NCBI GenBank assembly: GCA_964593585.1
Contig: CAZQIZ010000009.1
Location: 306 to 64,305, forward strand
Source: an uncultured Ignavibacteria bacterium
GTDB taxonomy: Bacteria; Zixibacteria; MSB-5A5; WJJR01
Length of the DNA: 64,000 nt
Direction of reading: 5' to 3'
Part shown: positions 28,795 to 36,245 of the stretch, one piece after another
Position numbering within the stretch: position 1 is the stretch's first letter
Layout: every line of letters starts with the position of its first letter
Notes under the pieces: model-generated
What the model was told of the DNA's origin: nothing
Seen by the model: the letters and a program-made list of their open reading frames with translations, nothing else
Database searches by the model: none
Program-made: the position numbers and the translations under genes

Positions 28795-31302
28795 ATGACT
28801 CGCCGTATCATGACGGGAGTTCTCCTGCTGTTGGCTTTATCCACTACGGCGCACGCCGCCGTCCCGACCAGCATCACCGTGCAGGGCAAACTGACCGATT
28901 TGTCCGGCAACCCGCTGCCCGCCGGATCGAAGAATTTCACCTTCAAGATTTTCGATTCCCCCACGCTCGGCAATGAAATCTGGCCCAATGGGGCAGGGGA
29001 GAATCAGTCGCTGACCAGCGACGCCGCCGGTCTCTGGATCGGACTGGTCGGCGCGGTGGCACCGCTGACCGATGCGGTCTTCAGCGACACGGTTCGCTGG
29101 CTGGAAATCACCGTCGATGGGACCACGCTGCCGCGCGTGCGGCTTGTGACCGGGCCCTATGCCTACCGGGTATCGACGATCGACGGCGCCTCCGGCGGCA
29201 GGATCACCTCGAAGGTCACGATTGGCCTGTCCAACGCGAACACCGGCAACGACGGGTTTGTCGCCGGAACGGATAATCAGGCGCTCGCCAACTACACGGT
29301 CATCGGCGGCGGCGTACTGAACACCGCCACCGGCGAATCGAGCGTCGTGTCAGGCGGTCAGCAGAACGACGCGACCGGCTTCGCCGCCAGTGTCGCAGGT
29401 GGAGCGAACAACACCGCGTCCAACACACACGCGACCGTTGGCGGCGGATTGACGAATATGTCATCCGGCCTCCACTCCGTTATCGATGGCGGAATCTACA
29501 ATTTTGCGACGAGTACGGGATCCGTCGTTGGCGGCGGCGCCAACAATAACGCGCGCGGCCAGTATTCCACCGTCGCCGGCGGCGGGCCGGCCCTGACGGA
29601 CTCCAACACGGCCGGCGGCGACTTCTCGCGCATCGGCGGCGGCTTCGGCAATGTGGCGTCGGGGCACGCCAGCAGCATCGATGGCGGCCACTACAACATC
29701 GCGTCCGGGCTCTACAGCACGATCGGAGGCGGTCAATTCAACGCCGCCCAGGGCACGTTCTCGACGATCGCCGGCGGTGGAATCGCAAACATCTTCAATG
29801 GCCAGAACATCGCCGAGGGTTACGCGACGGTGATCGGCGGGGGCTCCGCGAACCGTGCCGTGCACAACTATTCAACGATCGGCGGCGGATTGAACGGACA
29901 GACACGGGGCGCATACTCCACGCTCGCCGGGGGATACAGCAATCTGACGGACGGCGACAATGCCACCGTGGGAGGCGGCGATCGCAACGCCGCCGCGGGG
30001 ACCGGCGCCACGGTGAGCGGCGGCACGCTTAACTACACAAACGCGATCGGTGCGGTTGTCGCCGGCGGCGACACCAATTCCGCGCAGGGCTTCTTTGCGG
30101 TCGTGGGCGGCGGCATCCTCAATGACGCCCCCGGCCACGAAAGCGTGGTCGAAGGGGGACGTGACAACACGGCCTCCGGCGATCTCGCCACCGTGGGCGG
30201 CGGCGCCTACAACACCGCATCGGGCGCCGGCTCGCACATCTCCGGTGGGTTCAATAATACGGCTGTCGGCGAACGCTCGACTATTGGTGGGGGAGAGCAG
30301 AACCGTGCCTATGGCAGTTTTGCCACTGTTTGTGGCGGCGGCGGCGGACTCCCAGTCGACTCGAATTCCGCCGCCGGCAATTTCTCATTCGTCGGTGGCG
30401 GGAGCCGCAACTCCGCCAGCGGCCCCGGCGCCGTCATCGCAGGCGGCGACTCAAACCGCTCCAAGGGCCAGAACTCAACGGTGGGCGGCGGCGGGTTCAA
30501 TGTCGCTGGCGGCACCAATGCAACAGTTCCGGGCGGCCTCGCGAACGAAGCCAATGCCCCCTTCACTTTTCCCGCCGGGTCGTTCGCGCACGCGAACCAT
30601 GCCGGGAGCTTCGTCTGGGCGGACCACAATTTTCTCGACTCATTCTACACGACTGCCACCAACCAGTTCATCATCCGTGCCAGCAGCGGCGTCGGCATCG
30701 GCACGAACACCCCGCAGCAGCTCCTCAGTGTCGCTCAGGGAATGAATATCGATCAGGCCAATGCGAACGATGGCGCACTTTGGAACGGCCTGAGCTTCGG
30801 CTCCACAAGCGGCGAAGGCATTGCTTCGAAACGTACCGCCGGCGGCAATCAGTATGGATTGGACTTCTACACCAACTCAATCAACCGTGTTAGCATTGCG
30901 AACGCGACCGGGTATGTTGGCTTCGGACTGACCAATCCATCCTATCGGATCGACCTGCCGAACGTCGCGAATGCCGCCGGCCAGGGCCGCGCGAATGCGT
31001 GGACGACGTATAGTTCACGCCGCTGGAAGACGAATATCACGACACTGTCCCACGCGGTCGACAAGGTCCGTCAACTCCGCGGCGTTGAATACGACAACGC
31101 CGCCGACAACCGCCACGCCATCGGGCTGATCGCCGAGGAAGTCGGCGCCGTCATCCCGGAAGTCGTGCAATACGAAGCCAATGGTGTCGATGCCGCCGCG
31201 CTGGACTATGGTCGTCTGGTTGCCGTGCTGATCGAGGCCATCAAGGAACAGCAGCGCCAGATCGATTTGCTCAATCGCAAACTGGAACGGATCACGCCTT
31301 AA
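28795..31302 (+). CDS. Fibre-like surface protein paralog E (835 aa), with S74-like C-terminal chaperone domain
   Basis: AGGAGG RBS. Signal peptide MTRRIMTGVLLLLALSTTAHA. N-domain nucleotide sequence ~100% identical to paralogs F and G over ~270 bp. C-terminus SSRRWKTNITTL...IGLIAEEVGAVIPEVV...LIEAIKEQQRQIDLLNRKLERITP. Confidence 0.85.
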   Translation: MTRRIMTGVLLLLALSTTAHAAVPTSITVQGKLTDLSGNPLPAGSKNFTFKIFDSPTLGNEIWPNGAGENQSLTSDAAGLWIGLVGAVAPLTDAVFSDTVRWLEITVDGTTLPRVRLVTGPYAYRVSTIDGASGGRITSKVTIGLSNANTGNDGFVAGTDNQALANYTVIGGGVLNTATGESSVVSGGQQNDATGFAASVAGGANNTASNTHATVGGGLTNMSSGLHSVIDGGIYNFATSTGSVVGGGANNNARGQYSTVAGGGPALTDSNTAGGDFSRIGGGFGNVASGHASSIDGGHYNIASGLYSTIGGGQFNAAQGTFSTIAGGGIANIFNGQNIAEGYATVIGGGSANRAVHNYSTIGGGLNGQTRGAYSTLAGGYSNLTDGDNATVGGGDRNAAAGTGATVSGGTLNYTNAIGAVVAGGDTNSAQGFFAVVGGGILNDAPGHESVVEGGRDNTASGDLATVGGGAYNTASGAGSHISGGFNNTAVGERSTIGGGEQNRAYGSFATVCGGGGGLPVDSNSAAGNFSFVGGGSRNSASGPGAVIAGGDSNRSKGQNSTVGGGGFNVAGGTNATVPGGLANEANAPFTFPAGSFAHANHAGSFVWADHNFLDSFYTTATNQFIIRASSGVGIGTNTPQQLLSVAQGMNIDQANANDGALWNGLSFGSTSGEGIASKRTAGGNQYGLDFYTNSINRVSIANATGYVGFGLTNPSYRIDLPNVANAAGQGRANAWTTYSSRRWKTNITTLSHAVDKVRQLRGVEYDNAADNRHAIGLIAEEVGAVIPEVVQYEANGVDAAALDYGRLVAVLIEAIKEQQRQIDLLNRKLERITP

Positions 31303-31313
31303 GGAGCGCTCTT

Positions 31314-33587
31314 ATGCGACAACTCACGCTCGGACTGCTCGCCTTGCTGCTGGCCACGACGCCCCTTCACGCCGCCGTCCCGGCCAGCATCACCGTGCAG
31401 GGCAAACTGACCGATCTGTCCGGCAACCCGCTGCCCGCCGGATCGAAGAATTTCACCTTCAAGATTTTCGATTCCCCCACGCTCGGCAATGAAATCTGGC
31501 CCAATGGGGCAGGGGAGAATCAGTCGCTGACCAGCGACGCCGCCGGTCTCTGGATCGGACTGGTCGGCGCGGTGGCACCGCTGACCGATGCCGTCTTCAG
31601 CGACACGGTTCGCTGGCTGGAAATCACCGTCGATGGCACGACCCTGCCGCGGGTGCGCCTGGTAACAGGGCCCTATGCGCATCGTGTCGCCACCGTCGAT
31701 GGCGCATCGGGCGGCACGATCACCAGCAAGGTCTCCATCGGTCCGGGTCACATCAACACGGGCACCCACGCCTTCGTCGCCGGCTCCTACAACGTCGGAA
31801 CGGGCAATTACTCGACCATTGCCGGCGGTGAAACCAACACCGCCTCCGGCGACCGCGGCAGTGTCGGCGGCGGCGCGCAGAATCACGCCGAAGGATTCGG
31901 TTCCACTGTTGACGGCGGCTGGTACGGCCACGCCTGGGGCAACTTTGCCGTGATCGGCGGCGGCGGCGGGATCTTCGATATGGATTCTAACAGCGCCGGC
32001 AACTGGGGCGTGGTGGCCGGCGGGCACATGAACCATGCGATCGGCGAAGGCGCGGTCGTCGGTGGCGGCGCGCGCAATCGCGCCCGCGGCGAATACTCCG
32101 TCATTGCCGGCGGCGGCGGCTTCACCGATGCCGATTCGAATGTCGCCTCCGGCTCCCACGCCGTCATCGGTGGCGGCACCGGCAACACTGCCTCCGGATT
32201 CCACAGTCTGATCGGCGTCGGACGCTCCAATCTCGCCAGCGGCTATCACGCCGCCATCCTCAGCGGCGCCATCAACGTGGCCGGCGGACAGTACGGCGTC
32301 GTGGCGGGCGGGTACGACAACCACGCCATCGGCTGGATGTGCTCGATTGTCGGCGGCGCCAGCAATCGCGCCGACAACAACAACTCCTTTGTGGGAGGCG
32401 GGGAATACAATGAGGCCACCGGCTCACATGCCGTCATCGGCGGCGGCCAGAGCAATCAGGCCCTCGGTGATTACTCCGTCATCGCCGGCGGCGGCAATAC
32501 CAGCGCCGACTCCAACCGCGCGCAGGGGGCATACTCGGCCATCGGCGGCGGAAACCTCAACCTCGCCATGGCTGACTACGCCGTCACCTGCGGCGGCCTG
32601 AAAAACGGCGCCTGGGGATATGGCAGCGGCGTCGCCTCCGGATACCTCAACGAAGCGGAGGGAACGTACTCGTTCATCGGGGGCGGCAACAACAACCTCA
32701 TCCTCTACGCGCGCTCCTTCATCGGCGGCGGCGAGGGCGGCCAGGTGAGCGGCCAGCACTCCGTCATCGCCGGCGGCAACGGCAATTACGTCGGCTCCGA
32801 TGTAGCCTCCATCGTCGGCGGCACACGCAACATGATCAACTTCACCAACTCGGGCGGTTCCTTCATCGGCGGCGGCTGGGAAAACTATGTCGATGGTTTC
32901 GACGCGGTTGTCGGCGGCGGATTCCATGATTCCGCCTCCGGCAATCAGGCGGCGGTCTGTGGCGGCCACACCAACCACGCCGCCGGAAACCTCTCGTTCG
33001 TCGGCGGGGGGGACTTCAACCGCGCCACCGGCGACTGGGCCTGCATCCCCGGCGGCGGCTCGAACGCCGCCGCGGGCCAGTTCGCCTTCGCCGCGGGACG
33101 TCAGGCCAAGGCCAATCACAGCGGCGCCTACGTCTGGTCCGACAACAACCCCTTCGACTTCGCCTCGCTGGCCAATAACAGTTTCTCGGCGCGCTGCCTC
33201 GGCGGCGCGCGCTTCGTGACCGCCATCAGCGCCGGCGGCGTCCCCACACAGGGCGTGACTCTGGCCGCCGGCGGCGGATCGTGGGCGGGGATCTGCGACA
33301 GCGCCGTCAAGGAGAACATTCGCGACGTCGACGGCGCCGAAATCCTCCGCCAACTCGCCGCCCTGCGCATCGCCGAGTGGAATTACATCGCCCAGGATGA
33401 CAGCGTCCGTCACCTCGGGCCCATGGCGCAGGACTTCCGACGCGCCTTCGGCATCGGCGAAGACGATCGCCACATCACCCAGGTCGACGCCGATGGCGTC
33501 GCGCTGGCCGCCATTCAGGAGCTCATCCGCCGCATCGAAATGCTGGAAGGCGAGCTCGCGCGGCTCCGCGCACGGAATGGCGATTGA
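31314..33587 (+). CDS. Fibre-like surface protein paralog F (757 aa), with a divergent S74-like C-terminal domain
   Basis: AAGGAG RBS, ATG 11 nt after the paralog E stop. N-domain identical to paralog G over ~370 bp. Divergent C-terminus CDSAVKENIRDVDGAEILRQL...LGPMAQDFRRAFGIG...LAAIQELIRRIEMLEGELARL retains the K-x-N-I and A-Q-x-x / I-x-E-L pattern. Confidence 0.8.
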   Translation: MRQLTLGLLALLLATTPLHAAVPASITVQGKLTDLSGNPLPAGSKNFTFKIFDSPTLGNEIWPNGAGENQSLTSDAAGLWIGLVGAVAPLTDAVFSDTVRWLEITVDGTTLPRVRLVTGPYAHRVATVDGASGGTITSKVSIGPGHINTGTHAFVAGSYNVGTGNYSTIAGGETNTASGDRGSVGGGAQNHAEGFGSTVDGGWYGHAWGNFAVIGGGGGIFDMDSNSAGNWGVVAGGHMNHAIGEGAVVGGGARNRARGEYSVIAGGGGFTDADSNVASGSHAVIGGGTGNTASGFHSLIGVGRSNLASGYHAAILSGAINVAGGQYGVVAGGYDNHAIGWMCSIVGGASNRADNNNSFVGGGEYNEATGSHAVIGGGQSNQALGDYSVIAGGGNTSADSNRAQGAYSAIGGGNLNLAMADYAVTCGGLKNGAWGYGSGVASGYLNEAEGTYSFIGGGNNNLILYARSFIGGGEGGQVSGQHSVIAGGNGNYVGSDVASIVGGTRNMINFTNSGGSFIGGGWENYVDGFDAVVGGGFHDSASGNQAAVCGGHTNHAAGNLSFVGGGDFNRATGDWACIPGGGSNAAAGQFAFAAGRQAKANHSGAYVWSDNNPFDFASLANNSFSARCLGGARFVTAISAGGVPTQGVTLAAGGGSWAGICDSAVKENIRDVDGAEILRQLAALRIAEWNYIAQDDSVRHLGPMAQDFRRAFGIGEDDRHITQVDADGVALAAIQELIRRIEMLEGELARLRARNGD

Positions 33588-33640
33588 TGAAATCGGAGTT
33601 TTTGCTCGCCCGTATCTGGGCGGATTGACAGGAGGTCCCG

Positions 33641-35731
33641 ATGCGATTCACCATCCGATTGTCACTCATCGTGCTCTTGCTGTTGCCGTCACTGGCGCAC
33701 GCCGCCGCCCCGACCAGCATCACCGTGCAGGGCAAACTGACCGATCTGTCCGGCAACCCGCTGCCCGCCGGATCGAAGAATTTCACCTTCAAGATTTTCG
33801 ATTCCCCCACGCTCGGCAATGAAATCTGGCCCAATGGGGCAGGGGAGAATCAGTCGCTGACCAGCGACGCCGCCGGTCTCTGGATCGGACTGGTCGGCGC
33901 GGTGGCACCGCTGACCGATGCCGTCTTCAGCGACACGGTTCGCTGGCTGGAAATCACCGTCGATGGCACGACCCTGCCGCGGGTGCGCCTGGTAACAGGG
34001 CCCTATGCGCATCGTGTCGCCACCGTCGATGGCGCATCGGGCGGAACCATCACCAGCAAAGTGTCCATCGGCCCCGGCCACACGAACACTGGCAACCATG
34101 CCTTCGTAGCTGGAGAAGGCAATGCGGCGTCCGGGCACTACGCCACCGTCAGCGGCGGCATCGGCCACAACGCCGGCGGTGAGAACGCTGTGGTGGGCGG
34201 CGGCGCTTACAACCGCGCCGATGGTCTCTCGTCCGTCGTGGCCGGCGGCTACGCCAACGCCGCGCTCAACACCGACGCGGTTGTCGTCGGCGGCTACGCC
34301 GATTCCGCCCTTGGCTATCGCTCCTTTATCGGCGGCGGCGCCGACAACAACACCAGCGCCGATGCCAGCAGCGTCGTCGGCGGCACCGCCAACCTCGCCG
34401 GCGGCGGCGGATCGTTCATCGGCGGCGGCATCGGCAACAAGACCGCTGGCTTCGATGCCGTCGTGGCCGGCGGCGCGACCAATGTCGCTTCCGGGTCACG
34501 CTCGTTCGTGGGCGCCGGGCAGAGCGATTCCGCGCTCGGAGCGCGCTCCGCCGTCGTCGCCGGACAACTCAATTCCGCCTACGGCTCTCAATCCTTCATC
34601 GGCGCCGGCGGCAGCAACCGTGCCGGCAACTCCGCCGCCGTCGTCGCCGGAAGCGCCAGCGAAGCCACCGGCAACGCCGCCTTCATTGGCGCCGGCACCC
34701 TCAACGAGGCGTCGGGACTGTACGCGGTCATCGGCGGCGGCTCCCAGAACATTGCCACGCACTACGGCGCCGTGGTGGTCGGCGGCGAGAACAACGATGC
34801 CGACTCGACGCTCACGTTTGTCGGCGGCGGCGTTCACAACATCGCCCGCGGTAACCTCTCTGCGGTGGTCGGCGGCAGCAGCAATCAGGCGCTGGCACCC
34901 AACGCCTTCGTCGGCGGCGGCGCCAATAATGTTGCCTCCAACTTCTACAGTGTCGTCGCCGGCGGATTCTACGATTCGGCCAGTGGAGGAAACGCCGTTG
35001 TCGGCGGCGGCTACTTCAATCTCGCCGAAGGTTCCGTGTCAACCATTGCCGGCGGCAGTTATGGACGCGCCCGTGGCGGTTTCTCCTTCATCGGCGGCGG
35101 TGGATTCTTCGGCGATGCCGACTCCAATTACACGCACGGCACCGGCTCCGCCGTCGTCGGCGGCGCCCGCAACGGCGCGCTCGGCGACTACGCCGTCGTG
35201 CCCGGCGGATATGGCAATCGCGCCGTCGGTAGCCACTCCATGGCGGCGGGCGAAAACGCCTCCGCCGACCACGATCACTCCTTCGTCTGGAATGACAACT
35301 CGGCGGGCGCGTTCGCCTCGACCGCCGCCAGTCAATTCGCGATTTCTGCCGCCAATGGACTGCGGCTGGCGCGCGCCGCCGGCGACGCCAAGGCGATTGT
35401 GCCGGGTGATCACTACCGCGACAACGGCATCATCGCCTGGGCCAAAGTCGCCGGCAGCAGCGGCGCCATCGGCACCAATGAGTTCGGCGTCGTGTCCGTT
35501 GTACGCAATTCCACCGGGTACTACACCATCACCCTCGACGCCTCCGCGAGCGTCTCCACGACACTTATTCCGGTGGTCACGGCGCTGGTCGACCGCGCGC
35601 CGACCGATCCCTCGTTCGCCCGGCTGATCTATGCCCAGCAGGTTGGCATCAACTCGTTCAGCGTCTATGTCACCGATGGCAACTACGCCGCCGCCGACAC
35701 CGATTTCACCTTCCTGGTGACCGCACGATAA
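33641..35731 (+). CDS. Fibre-like surface protein paralog G (696 aa), lacking the S74-like chaperone domain and ending in a different C-terminal domain
   Basis: AGGAGG RBS. Signal peptide MRFTIRLSLIVLLLLPSLAHA. Conserved N-domain. Gly/Asn/Ala/Val repeats. C-terminal ~150 aa (GIIAWAKVAGSSGAIGTNEFGVVSVVRNSTGYYTITLDASASV...) has no SDxRLK or LIEAxKE motifs. Confidence 0.8.
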   Translation: MRFTIRLSLIVLLLLPSLAHAAAPTSITVQGKLTDLSGNPLPAGSKNFTFKIFDSPTLGNEIWPNGAGENQSLTSDAAGLWIGLVGAVAPLTDAVFSDTVRWLEITVDGTTLPRVRLVTGPYAHRVATVDGASGGTITSKVSIGPGHTNTGNHAFVAGEGNAASGHYATVSGGIGHNAGGENAVVGGGAYNRADGLSSVVAGGYANAALNTDAVVVGGYADSALGYRSFIGGGADNNTSADASSVVGGTANLAGGGGSFIGGGIGNKTAGFDAVVAGGATNVASGSRSFVGAGQSDSALGARSAVVAGQLNSAYGSQSFIGAGGSNRAGNSAAVVAGSASEATGNAAFIGAGTLNEASGLYAVIGGGSQNIATHYGAVVVGGENNDADSTLTFVGGGVHNIARGNLSAVVGGSSNQALAPNAFVGGGANNVASNFYSVVAGGFYDSASGGNAVVGGGYFNLAEGSVSTIAGGSYGRARGGFSFIGGGGFFGDADSNYTHGTGSAVVGGARNGALGDYAVVPGGYGNRAVGSHSMAAGENASADHDHSFVWNDNSAGAFASTAASQFAISAANGLRLARAAGDAKAIVPGDHYRDNGIIAWAKVAGSSGAIGTNEFGVVSVVRNSTGYYTITLDASASVSTTLIPVVTALVDRAPTDPSFARLIYAQQVGINSFSVYVTDGNYAAADTDFTFLVTAR

Positions 35732-36245
35732 TTCCCGCGACACGGGCCGGCAGTTGTGCCGGCCCGTGCGCACGTACCGCCATGGCTGGATGGCAACGCG
35801 CCGTCAAGAGCGCCGCACATCGGATGACGCTTCCATAATGTCATCCTGAGCGAGGCGAAGGATCTGCTTTTCGCGGGTGGCTGCATTCGAAAGCAGATTC
35901 CGATCGGAGTGACATGGGGAGCAAGCGCGTCCTGGGAGGGCTCTCCGCCGCGGCGGATCGCCCTCCCGCGCACATCTACCTGACTTGGCTGCCGCCAAGT
36001 TTTCGCAACCTTTCGCGCTCCGCCCCGTCTAATCCGCAGGCGCCCCTGACGCGCCCCGATAAACCATTACATGGCTAGTCAGTCCATAGTCGCTGACATT
36101 CAATAGGATAGGGCCCTTCGCCTCGCCGATCGCTTCAATCTGCCTCTGGCGAAAGCAGACCGCTTTTGGCTATCCTTCCGCTCTGTTTTGCGCATCGAAT
36201 GACATTTCGTCCATGATCAATAACCAATCACCAAAAGGAGTCCGC

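Noticed and set aside
18933-35773. Numerous minus-strand ORFs overlapping the fibre-gene array (for example 18933-20873, 20819-21781, 22109-22933, 31299-32324, 32424-33473, 35039-35773) and small antisense ORFs encoding MKTKFFDPAGSGLP-like peptides
   Set aside because: Shadows of the Gly/Ala-rich repeat coding sequence. The recurring antisense peptides simply reflect the nucleotide-identical 5-prime blocks of the paralogs. No independent start signals.
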